From positions 95,989 through 159,988 of the forward strand of contig MNCI01000542.1 in NCBI GenBank assembly GCA_015680685.1: 64,000 nucleotides of DNA, given 5' to 3'. Position 1 is the first letter of the stretch; each line of letters opens with the position of its first letter. Source of the DNA: Gnetum montanum (Eukaryota > Plantae > Gnetophyta). A program made the position numbers and the translations under genes. The notes under the pieces were generated by a model. That model was not told where the DNA came from, searched no databases, and worked only from the letters and a program-made list of their open reading frames with translations. Shown piece by piece: positions 52,010 through 64,000 of this stretch.

Positions 52010-52882
52010 TAATGAATTCTAATTTTGTCACCCATGTCAATGTACCCTCATTGATGCATCCCCATCAACACATTCTTGGATGTGTTGGTGCATATGCATC
52101 GACACTAATTCATCCAAAGTGTATATAAATGCATGTACCATCCACATTTATGGCACTTTGGTCATTTTTATAACAAAACTATTGCAATTTTCTTTTTTAG
52201 GACTTAGTTAAAATTTTCTCTAAGTACCTATAACATAGATTAAGTTGATTAAACAAATTTTTATTCAAATTCATGTTTTACCTAAACACTTCTACATGAC
52301 AACAATAAAATCAAGATTAATTTCTTCCATTGCTACACTTGGATTAGCACTTAGTTTATATTTAACTACTTTACTTTAAATGAATTTTTCTTTTTTGCAC
52401 TTAGGAAATTAATATTTTATTCTATAATAATGAAATTATGACCGCTTCAAATATATTATATTAATTCTTAGTAATCCTAGCAGTAAATACTTGGTAGGCC
52501 TAGCAATGAATACTTGGTAACCCAGCAACATTAGTATAGGTTTAGAATGGATACAAAATGTGGAAATGAATGCTCTATGCTTAGGATAGTTTAGATTGAT
52601 CTTAGTTTCATAAGTGAGTTAGAAATTAATATTTTAATCACTCTATTATTTTAATATTTTAATAATAAAAAATAATAAAACCACACACATCTTGTACCTC
52701 AATCATACTTAATCATATGAATGAAGCTAATACAAGTGATGATTGGAAAGACAACAACCAACAACATTACATTTAATTATCTAGGATACTAGTCACTCAA
52801 ACATTCTATATAATTCAACCAAATCATGCATATGTGCTTATGATTCATATGGTTGGCTAGAGGGACTACTCACCACTCATCA
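52010..52882 (+). repeat. 5' LTR of Athila-like element
   Basis: Starts TAATGAAT (cf. TGATGAAT at 60655); its 3' half is homologous to 61200-61607. Confidence 0.7.
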
Positions 52883-55599
52883 TTGATGTCATTTTTAGGA
52901 AATTAAAACATACAACATCATTGTATTAACATAATAAACCATTGCTACAAAAATAATAACATTTTATTTAAGACACACAAGGACAAACTAAAAGATGTCT
53001 TCTTCTCATAGGGTTGGCTTCCCACCTACTAATTATTCTACAAAGCAACATGAAAGAATAAGGAAAAATGTAGATGAAGTACCCCAATAACTTAAGGTTG
53101 TCTACACTCATTAGGATATCTACTATTTAAACTTCACTTTCATCCTTTACTAAGATGAACAACCATAGTGAAGAGACTTAGGGGATAACATATTTTTGCC
53201 ACCTAACTATTCCATTTTCTCAATATTTATGGTAGCACTGATGAATTTGGGGCTTGAACCAACAATCCTAAAGTACCAAGTAACAAATTGCTTCTCCAAA
53301 GATTATCAACCCATAGAGGCTTAACTTTGAAAAGAGAAACTTATGAAGATCCACCATGAAGCCTCCAAGGGATAAAATATTCTGATCACACTAGCATCAT
53401 AATCAAAAAGAAAGGACATTGAATATCCATCAGGGTAATCTCAACACCAAGTTACTCCTCCCTTCAATGAAAATAACACAACTTATCAATGGCTACGTTC
53501 AACCTTGGTAAGTAATCAAGGTAAGGGAAGAGCTAGATCCAAAACCAAAGGGACTTCAAGATCAAGGTCTCATAGTCATTAGGTAAGAGAATAACCAAGG
53601 GACTAGAGAAAAAGAGAAAGCTAGCATAACTCTCCTAGTTCTCTATCTTCATCATCTTCTTCATTATCTAGCTTTGATGAGAGAAAACATGATTGAAACC
53701 AAAGGAGAAATGATCAAGAGTAAGGTGGAGATGATAGAAGAACACATCATAGAGATGGGAGAGAGGAACATAGATAATAAGAAGAATAAGAGAGGCATCA
53801 TTAATAAAGAAGGCATAATAGGTCACATCATAGGAGACATGGCCATGAGAGGGTCCACAATGAACAAGATGATTACGATGAACCACTTCTTTATACAAGG
53901 ATCATAATCAACATCTATGAGGTAATTTACATTTCCACCAAGCATCAAAGGAATAGTCAAATCAAATAGCTTGACATGAAAAACATTTCTAAATTTGAGA
54001 AAGGTTACAATGCCAATTTGTTTCACCATTTATGAGCCTTTCATGATGCATATGCCTTTTAGAATATATAAAATCACTAGCAAAAGCTTGAGTTATTTTC
54101 CAAGGCACTCATAAAGGAAGCTAAAAATTGGCACCAGTCCTTAGAACTAGAATCTATCCACAAATGCAATATGATACTAAAGCTAATCAATGACATGTAT
54201 CAAACATACTCTATGATATTTAATTTGAGGAAATAGATTCAAACATGGAAATAAGGTAATCATGAATCCCTTGATGTAACCTTGGGTAGGTATTATTCAT
54301 TACTACATTTATGCCTAGGTCATGATTTCTCTTAGAGAAATTAGCTTTTCCATATCATAGATGGACTCAAAATAAAAATGGAGAGACTCTTGGGGTCTAT
54401 CCCCAAGGGAGACTATCAAAAATGAGGGCTCATCAAATTCAAAGTCTCATTGATCAATAGTAAAGGTAGAATGAGAATTAAAGAAGAGAGAAATTATAAA
54501 GAAGTACAATAGAGATTCCTTCATCCACAAAAAGGAGATATGTCTCTGTGACCCAAAGAAGGAAGCATCATTAGAGAAGATTATACAAATAAAGATCTTG
54601 CCAATCTAAAAATCTATTACTAAAATATCAGCCAAGATGAATAAGATGTGGGACTATCTAGATGAAAAATTTCAAATGGCACTAAAAATCATGAAGGAGA
54701 AAATAAAATAGGAAAACAAGGATAAGAACAATAGAAGAAAGAAGGATGATGTAAAGGACTACTATCATTAAAAAGGTAAGACTATAGCAATAAACCAAGT
54801 TGAAAAATTTGGACATAGATAATGAAGGATGTGACATTTTCCAATATGACCATCCCAAGTGATGTTACCTAATTTGATCACACTTGCAAGAGTCTAGGAT
54901 CTATGTCTTAAATATGAAGTTTGTTAAGAGAAAACCACCTAGAAGGTTGCCTTATTCTCAATACAACTATCAACAATTGTTCTGCCAACAATAGTATTGT
55001 TTAAGTAAAATGCTACCTCAACCTTAGGATTACTATCATCAATGGCAAAACCCATAGCCATGGAGGGTGCCACCACTAAGGTAGTAATACCCTTACTACA
55101 AACTAAATCCATATGGCTATTATATCCAACAACCTATGTCACTAAGTGACTCCACAACCCGCACTACTTTCCATCATTACTTTTCTCTTGAATATCATTG
55201 ACTAACCACTCCACATGCTAAATCTCTTACCACATATACTCCTCATTATCCTCAATAGCATCATGCATCTCAAAACATCACTCCCTTATCACCTACACTA
55301 CCTATGCAAGGTAAAATATCCCAAGAGTAGTAAGTTAAAAGTGGATGATAAATCAAGTGGTTTTGAGCGTAAGCTTTGGAAAAGGTCATTTTTCAAGCCT
55401 AACAGTCTACCTAAACCATCGAGGCATCTATTATTGTGGTTTCCTTATAAACTACCCAAGGAATGCCTACTGAGCCATATTCAAACCAAAGATCCTAAAA
55501 TGTTCATACTATCATGTTAACTCATGTAATTACAAATTGGATAAAAGTAGGGTCATGTAATGAGATAACAAGGATAGATCCACACATGTGCTAAAATTA

Positions 55600-58252
55600 G
55601 ATCTACGCAGACTCTACTATTAAATTAGAAAGGCAACTATAAAAATGATTAAGTCCAATGCTGAAACAAGTTGTTAAACAGGAAGTTGAGAAAGTTCTCA
55701 AAGGTTGGTTCATTTATCTAGTGGTAGATAGTGAGTTGGTAAGATCACTTATTATAGTACCAAAGAAAAGGGATTGTGGAGGATCTTTATAGACTTCAGA
55801 CTGTTAAACATGGTCACTTCAAAGATCATTTATCATTGACATTTATGGACCAAGTATTGGTTACAATTTCAAGGCATGGCTACTATAATTTAGTGGATGG
55901 ATATAATGGTTATAATTAGATCCAAATCACTTCAAAAGACTAGGCCAAACCAACATCCACAAGTCCTTCAAGGACTTTTGCATATAAAATAATGTTCTTT
56001 GACCTGTGTAATGCTCCTATAACCTTCCAATGCCTAGTTCTCAGCATCTTTCAATAGAAAATTAGTAGTGGTATGAAAATATTTATGGATGACTTCTCCA
56101 CCTATGGTGATAACTTTGAATAAGCATTGGACCATCTTAAGTAGTTACTGAAATGATGTGTGGAAATAAACTTGTGACTCAAGTAGTAAAAGAGCAATTT
56201 GATGGTCTAGGAAGACATTGTATTAGGGTACCAAATTTTAGAAAAAAGAATTGAGGTGAACCTTAAAAAGGTAAGGGTCATTCAAGGAATTACTAGAAAA
56301 CCTTAAACAATTAAAGATATGAGGCTATTCCTTGGACATATTGGTTACTATTAGCAATTCATTGAAAACCTCTCAAAAATTATCAAGTTATTTCTTAAGC
56401 TTACTAAGAAGAATGCATCATTTAACTATATCAAGGAGTGCAAAAACGCATTCCAGCATTTTAAGCAGAAGCTCATAGAAATACGAATTCTATGCATAAT
56501 TTATTGATCTAAACCTTTTCATATCATCAAAGATACATCCAACTATGCATTTGGAGAAATGCTTATACAAATGAATAATTAAAAATGTATATATTATATC
56601 CATTATACAAGCACAAGTATTGTGAATGCATAATTTAACTACACCATTATTAAAAAAAAGCTCATTATGGTGGTGTATGCTCTTTTCAAATCCAAGCACT
56701 ATGTGCTTGGATACCTCATTATTATGCACACTGATCACAATGCAATTTACTTTTTTATGAACAAGCCAATAATAATCCCTCATCTTATACAATTACTGGA
56801 GATCCTATAGGAGTTTGATCTAATAATGATGGATAAAAGAAACTAAGAACATAGCTGCTAATCATTTATCTTGTTTAAGATGGAATAACAAGGCTGATAA
56901 AAAGCCCTTATCTAACCTATTTCTAGATAAGCTTCTCTTTGCTAAGGCAACTAAAGCTCAAGCACCAGAGGTTACAAATTGATATGATGAATTTCTTTCT
57001 TATCTACTCATGCAGGAAACCCCTATAGAATGGGATCATATGAAGAAGCCATAGTTCTTCCACCAAGTTAAACATTACCTTGAAATAGAGGGAAACCTCT
57101 ATAAAATCTGCACTAGTGACGTAATACGATGGTGCATAACTAATAGAAATTAACTAAGAGTCCTCCATGATGCTCACAAGGATCCTTGTGGGGCTACTAT
57201 GTAGGAAGGAGAATGGTCATAAAAATCCTGATGGTAGGATATTTCTGATCTATGTTCTTTAGGGATGCATATCATTTCACCTATTCATACAAGCAATGTC
57301 AACAAAATGGAGGGATAACAACTAGATGGAAGGGCTCTAGCAGTGGATCTAACCATTGGAGCTTTTTAACCTTTATGAAATTAATTTTATGAAAGACATC
57401 ACTTTCATGCCCAATGGAAAGTCTTACATTATTGTTATTATTGACTATTATACTAAATGGGCTTAACCTACAACTATTAATGACTATATTTCTTCTACTA
57501 CAAGTTAATTCTTTTAAAAAAGAAGTGGTAAACAGGTTTGATGTGTCTATGGTACTAATTTTTGATAATGGAACCCATTTCATAGGTTCTAACTTTCAAG
57601 ATTTAATGCAACACTTGGGGGGTGGAATACAAATTTACAACACCCTATCATCCTCAAGCCAATGGTCAAATAGGGATATTATAAAATCCTAATAAGAACC
57701 ATTAGAAAATATAGGAAAAATTAGAGCACTAAACTCAATGATGTCCTATGGGCCTACTACTCAACATTGAAGCTTTCTATAGGCTACTCTCCCTAAGAGT
57801 GGGTGTACAAAAAGTTACCTAAACTGTCAATTCAAACTAAACTCTATACACTCACAACTGCATATCACCTTGACCTAGACATCAACATAACACAAATAAA
57901 AAGTTTGATAATACTCAATGTGCTAGATGAAAATTGAAAGATAGTCCTTATGATGAATGAAGCACATAAGGCATATGACAAGAAGCAACATAATGCATGA
58001 ATATAAAGAGTTGAATTTAAACTAGGAGATAAGATTCTCTATTCGAATCCCATGTATGTTCCTAGACAAACTAAATTCTATACATTGTGGAAAGGTCCAT
58101 ACATTGTACATTTAACTTTTCCTTTTAGGGCTATGATAATTTACCATCTAACAAGCCCTCAAAAGCACATGCTAATCAACATTCAACAACTGAAACCCTT
58201 TACAAACTTCCAAGTAACCAACCACAACCACAACACTTCAACAAAAGGTTAA
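55600..58252 (+). pseudogene. pol: pol remnant (RT, RH, INT)
   Basis: IYLVVDSELV, KDHL..FMDQVL, IFMDDFSTYG, FDNGTHF, YHPQANGQ, LWKGPY; many stops. Confidence 0.85.
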
Positions 58253-60654
58253 GCTTGCTCCATTTTTTGAATCTTCTCCTTTCAACTTAGTCTTGGGGAA
58301 GAAGACCATCTACCATAATATCTTGGAGATGACACAATTTTTTTCCTTTTTTATTTTACATAATTTTTATACAAGTTCCATTTTCTTTACTTTTGATATT
58401 TTTATATATTTTTTACTTTTACTTTTATTCTTATTTGATTTTACTTTACCTTTACATTTCCTTTTATTTTATCTTTTTTCTTCCTTTATGGAAATGTCTA
58501 ATTTTATTCCATACTATTGCAAATTTTGATGATTCCTAAATGTAGTCATCAAGATTATAACTATCTAGATAGGCCAACTTTATCTATGAATTATGCTCTC
58601 CAATAAAAATTTATCAATTTTTAATTGTACCAAATAGTAAGCTCATGTCATCCACCCATTCCATATATTTCATAGGGAGATCTGTATCATGGTAGCACAA
58701 TGGTTTTTTTATACTAAAACTAAAAATTAACATATGCTCTCATTATTCAATGAACTAGGAAAGGACCAAGTAGAAATGGAAAAGGATATGGCCTCAAGAG
58801 AGTTTGTTAAGTTCTCTTCTTAACTTCCTTCTTCATTTCTATGACTCTTCATGGAACATATCATCACTCCTCCTACAATCTATAAAAGGAAATATGCCTT
58901 TATAAAGTATGGTTTTCTTCCAAAAAAGAAAACAAATAAAAATACAATTTTTTGAAAATCTCTTGGGATATAAGCACTGGTTATGGGACTAGAAAGACAT
59001 GTTACCCATACCTAAAAGAACCTCTCTAACTAAGTCCTAAATTTCTTTCTCAAACATCTCTAACTACTTCCTTCTTCTATTTTCTTCTTTCTCTGTAGTA
59101 ATGACCATTCTTTGTTATGGTTGTAGACTCATAGTGATAGAAAAGGAGAAACAAATTAATGCAAGACCACTACTAATGGTATGTGCTTGGTCTAGAATCA
59201 AGATAAACTAGTATCTAGATCATCCTAATCACACATTCCCCAAAGGATCTCTTGTGGCTATGATCTAGGTTCTTATCTCTAGATCTCTCTCTTTCTTAAC
59301 TACTCTAACACTCCATTCTCTCACCTCACTATCTAGTATCATGATCATTTTCTAATTTTCATTTTGTAGACTACATGATCCTAATACCATTCCTTACAAG
59401 GGTATGATATTTAACCTAAATCACCATTCATCATCCAAGGTGCGTATAGACTCCTTGTAATGGGGTTATGCAAGGGTAATTTTAGATATCTTTCTGTTTA
59501 GGGAGGATCCACTTGTGTAACTTTTGATTTCCTTCAGTTTAAACCTCATAATTATAGGCCTCAATTTGTTTACTAATAATCTTATCACCTACATCATCTA
59601 ATTTTATGCTTATTTTATTTCAAGAAACTTCTTCTATTTACTCATTCCATACCATTAATTTGCTTCAATTCATGAGTCATAACCTTATAAGATGTTGTTG
59701 CCTTGGATCCCTAGCTTTTCAACTTCCATTTAGCTCTTGTTTTATCCTTGAACTCTTAAAATTTTCCTTAAAATTATAGTTTAAAGAAATAATTACAAAT
59801 AGCTATGTTAGTGCATCCTTGTTGACATGGTCAAAACATTGACATAGTCTTGTTGACACATGATTATCAATACAACATAAAAATACTATAAATATGCATA
59901 ACACTTCTTTATTTTTTCATAGTCACCTCAAATGCCAAAGGAGTTTTTACAATTTTCCAGATCTCATAATCTTTCCATAGTCATAACTTCCTCACTACTT
60001 GCTCATTTTAACCCATTTTTTTATCCTCGTACTTCTAGAGGTTTGGTTAACATCATGGGATATTCAATGCTAGCTTTGACAAGAATTTTTTAATACCTTG
60101 AACATTAGGTATTAAAATAATGATCCCAAGAACTAATACCAATAATCAACCTCCCTTTAAGTGAAAATAAAATAATAATAAACTATTTTCATACACCTGT
60201 GATCACTAAAAATAAAGGCTTAATGATAAAATTTTAAAATTTTCTACCAAACCTAACCTTAAAAATGATTGAAAGATATCCAAAATTAAGAGGATTAAAT
60301 CAAATGATAGATCTAGTGCTATGTTTATAATTATAAATGGCACCAAAATAAGGACTGCAAGTAGGAGGGTCATCATAGACCATGGATAAATAGCCTCAAG
60401 AAGAAAAAGAACAACCATAATAATCTTAGGAATAAGTTGTCAATAAGACTCATCCCACTAGGCCCTTACGAGAAGAGCCTAAGGTGAAATTTGTTTACTA
60501 TATTTTCACTGCAAACATCAAGAAATATAGGTAGGATGAGGTCCCAAAAGATAAACCCATCCTAGAAGTTACTCTTACCGAAGCATGCTTGGAAAAGGTC
60601 AGAATCAAGAAAGTTCAAAGCTCAATCCTTCAAGAGTTAAACTTTAGACCCTTT

Positions 60655-61784
60655 TGATGAATCATGGTTTGTCATGTGCTGATATCAAACCCTTGACATC
60701 AGACCCTTGATATCAGCATGTGCTAACATTGGACCCTTGATATCGGCATGAGCTGACATGGTACCGCCAATATCGGACCCTCAATATTGGGTACGTGATA
60801 TCATGGCCTAGGTAATGATATTAGATACATGATATCATGGTTCCTATGTAAGCCTATAAATACCACATTTAGGCACACAGGAAGAAGTAATTTGAATTCG
60901 GTTAGTTTTAGAGTATAGTCTTTTTGTTCATTTTTAGTTCATCTCAATCCTTTCCTCAATGCATGCCCACAGTGTGATGATTGTAATTGTACGGAACCTT
61001 TATTTGAGTATGACGTACTTGGACATGCACATGATCAACAATAAAGATTGAGATTACTTCATCATCATAGAATTCACTTAGTTTTAGTTATTTAATTGTT
61101 ATTGTTATTTATCATTTCCTAATTACTCTTCCTTTACCCTCATTCACTATCCCTGTTATTAAACATAGAATGAGTACGAATTAATCATGAGCATTTAAGT
61201 GTGACTACTTGGTAACCCAGTAGCGTATCTAGGAGCACTCAAGTAATATACACTTGGTAATCCTAAAAGTAGTGCATGAGGTCCAAGATGTATATGGATG
61301 ATTAAGGATGGATGCTCATCACACTTAGGCTAGCTTAGATTCTCTTCTCCCACTCCATCTTAGTTTAAAACAAAGTTATCTTCCATTGCCTCTAGGAGCA
61401 GCACTAGTTTAGGGTCATATCATACACCTCACTCTAGATAAACCATACATGACAAAGAAAATACTAGTCTAGGTGGAAAGATAGTGAACTACGATCAATG
61501 TGTAACTATCTAGATACCACAACTAGTCCATCTGCAGAGTTCAACCAAATCATGCATGAATGCTTGTATTCGTATGGTTGAGTGTAGGGGTACCTCACCA
61601 CTCATCATTGGCACCATTGCCAGGGATCAAACCTAGGTTGCCCACATGATAGGTAGGAATACTCACCACTATACTATAATGATATCAAGGATCTAATGTC
61701 AAGGGTCCAATGTTAGCACATGCTGATATCAAGGGTCCGATGTCAAGGGTCCAATATCAGCACCTGATAAACCATGATTCATCA
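60655..61784 (+). mobile_element. 1130-bp Athila-LTR derivative: LTR + PBS + inverted copy of the LTR 5' end, flanked by a 5-bp TSD
   Basis: LTR TGATGA...CTCATCA at 60655-61607; PBS TGGCACCATTGCCAGGGA at 61609-61626; 61680-61784 is the reverse complement of ~60655-60745; flanks CCTTT and CCTTC. Confidence 0.8.
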
Positions 61785-61899
61785 CCTTCCAAAAGTTAGC
61801 ACTAGATGAGGTTAAGACTTAGTTGCAGGGGGTATTCACTATTTCCTTTTCTCTCCACCAATGGAAAATGATATATGAACCTATCTCTTCTAGAACAAC

Positions 61900-64000
61900 T
61901 ATTAAGGATATGCCACAATTAAAATAAAGGATATCACCATCTCTTATTTGGTTGAGGCCATAGCAAAAGTCCTTAGGTTACCTAATCCTAAGGCAAAGTT
62001 GGCAAAAATATCCATCCAAGAAGACCCCTAAGGTAAAAACAAGGGATATAAGTATTCTATGGAGTGGAAAATCAAGAGCATTGGGCCCTTACCAAAGTAG
62101 AGAAATCCTACTTCAAAATGATGGGTTATCATCACAATCCCATAGTAAGACCAACTAAGGTCACTACCTTCTCTACAAGGGCATGTGCAACTGTAAGTAA
62201 GAAGTTTCAAGTTAACATTCCCTAACTCATCTTTCCAAAAATCAAAAAGAAATTCAAAGAGAATAAGAAAGGTAAGAAGACACTCTCCTTTCCTTATCTA
62301 ATTAGAAAACTTTACAAAATAGGAGGCATAGCCTACTATGCTAATTATGTCATTTGCAAGGCTCATGTTGCATCATGGTAGAAAATGATGAAGGATAAAG
62401 CCCCTATGAAGCTTCAAGAAGAAGAAATACCACCTACATCATAACCTATAGTACCATAGATGACTTCTAAAATGGTAGAAGCTACTAAATATCTATGGAA
62501 GCTCAAGGACTAGCAATTACAACAACAAGACTTTAGATATGGTGGTAAATCCATAGTATATTATTCAGCCATAGGCCATCTTATTAATGTCACTATGATC
62601 CTCAACTAGCTGACACATGAACTAATCCTAATATTCTCTACACAAAGGAACCAAGCCCCTATTTACACCAATCCTGATGTTAGAGAAGTCATTGTGTGCA
62701 ATCTAGGATAAGCATTCCTTAAACTCTTTGAAAATACCGTAACCTTCTCTATCATGCTAGAGGAGGGGAAAGAAGAAACAATCCTAGTCATGCCATACAA
62801 GGGCCAAGATAATATAGTAGAGATGGTTACAAATAGAATAGAAGAAGCCTTAAGTACTCCTATTGCATCTATCCCTAACGTTGCTACCATGGCATACATC
62901 CAAATGTCTACGAGACCCAAGAGCAAAGAAATGAATGTAACACAACTCGAAGAAATGTTGGAGTGACTGATTAAAACCAAGAAACTAATTCCAAAGATAT
63001 TTGATCTTCCACAAGATATTTAAGTTACCTAGTGGTAGCTGCTAGAGATAAGGGGTAAGTTTCTCATCTCTCACGTGTAACTTGAGGAGGCCACCACTAG
63101 CAATCAATGATTGGTGGTAGCGGCTATGAAATCTAAAGCCCACTTATCTAATCCATCCATTCTCAAGCATGAGCTTACAATGGATGAAGCTTTCCAACAT
63201 CTTTAATAAAGACTTTAGGAGGCTAAGAATGCAAAAGAAATGATGGTATGTAATGCATCATTATTATAAGCAATGATGAATTTCTCTAGTCATTACCTTT
63301 AATAGATATGCAAGGAAAATCTTATGATATCCCAAAAAACCACTACCTACAAAATACTAAATAGCAAAAGGACCAAATGATAGAATGCATCCATCAATAA
63401 CAAGAATAGCTTGCAAAAATGATCCAAGATATAAGGAGGTTGGCTGATGAAAATAGGTCAATGGATGAGGCTCCTATCCTTTGCCAAAAGATGGTCATTA
63501 AGATCACTACCTAGAAGAATAAAGCCCTTAAATATGAAAGAGTGAAGAATCACTATAGGGACAAAGTCATAATGCTTAAAGAAATCAATTCAAAAGAAAT
63601 CAAACTAGCAAAAGTGAAGGTAAATGAATCTCTCTAGCAACTCCATCAAAGAGGTGATTTATGGTAATCCATCTTTGATGTCCTCAACACCTATAATCAA
63701 GCCAAAATCCACCTAAAGGAGTTGTAAATTGAGAAGATGACTAAGTACATGAAGTTATCCAACCTTCAATATGCAAACTTGGAAATGCTAACAGTGGGAA
63801 TACTAAGATCATATCTTAAGAAGCATATGACCAGCCACTACCTTCTCTATGAGGCAAAGTTCAAGATTTACAAAAAAAACCAAACTAGAACTTGAAGAGG
63901 CCAACATGAAGCTTAAAGTTTCCAAGAGAAAATTTAAAGATTAGAAATTAGTTACTATAAACCTAGCTAGAAAAATAAATGAATACTGGAAACTACAAAA
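61900..64000 (+). pseudogene. Accessory ORF remnant of the Athila-like element (plant transposon protein-like domain, then coiled coil)
   Basis: KFQVNIP*LIFPKIKK...KTLSFPYLIRKLYKIGGI at ~62200-62330; E/K/Q-rich fragments downstream (62754-62966 and 63200-64000). Confidence 0.5.

Larger units (their letters stand above)
52010..64000 (+). mobile_element. Decayed Athila-like Ty3/gypsy element running off the window
   Basis: LTR ~52010-52882 ending CACCACTCATCA; decayed tRNA-Asp-type PBS at 52884-52901; gag remnants ~53000-55000; RT/RH/INT 55600-58250; long 3' region with accessory ORF remnants at 61900-64000. Confidence 0.75.

Noticed and set aside
53660-53910. GA-rich ORFs with an apparent periodic peptide
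   Set aside because: Low-complexity region within a decayed gag N-terminus; no independent gene evidence.
60655-61784. Ordinary DNA-transposon MITE or plain solo LTR
   Set aside because: The interior is homologous to the Athila-like LTR at 52480-52882 and is followed by a PBS, with TG...CA ends and a 5-bp TSD. A solo LTR would have neither the PBS nor the inverted end.

Overview
Plant intergenic or heterochromatic DNA made almost entirely of nested, decayed LTR retrotransposons. I found no host protein-coding gene, RNA gene or CRISPR array. From left to right: (1) a pol-less SIRE/Maximus-like copia element (+, <1-~10383), interrupted by a Galadriel-type chromovirus with both LTRs (2449-8066, TSD AGATC); (2) a second related SIRE-like copy on the minus strand (10384-13820); (3) an old Athila-like element (-, ~13821-25000) whose RT is split by a non-autonomous LTR element (19696-23488, TSD TACAG/TATAG); (4) a gag-only Ogre/Tat-like remnant (-, ~25150-29910); (5) a 20.2-kb Ogre/Tat-like element (-, 31689-51887, TSD ATAGT) inserted in an older gypsy integrase; (6) another Athila-like element (+, ~52010->64000) carrying a 1.13-kb LTR derivative with inverted ends (60655-61784). 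The main discovery is inside the 20-kb element. Its protease and RT are separated by about 6.3 kb holding a 10-exon, 9-intron gene on the antisense (+) strand (39938-45150, about 1,020-1,030 codons, now pseudogenised). The intron phases I checked by hand are mutually compatible. The promoter and first intron of this gene carry the same GCGTGAG/GCATGAG motif arrays as the element's LTRs. All family and domain names come from motif recognition by eye, not database searches.
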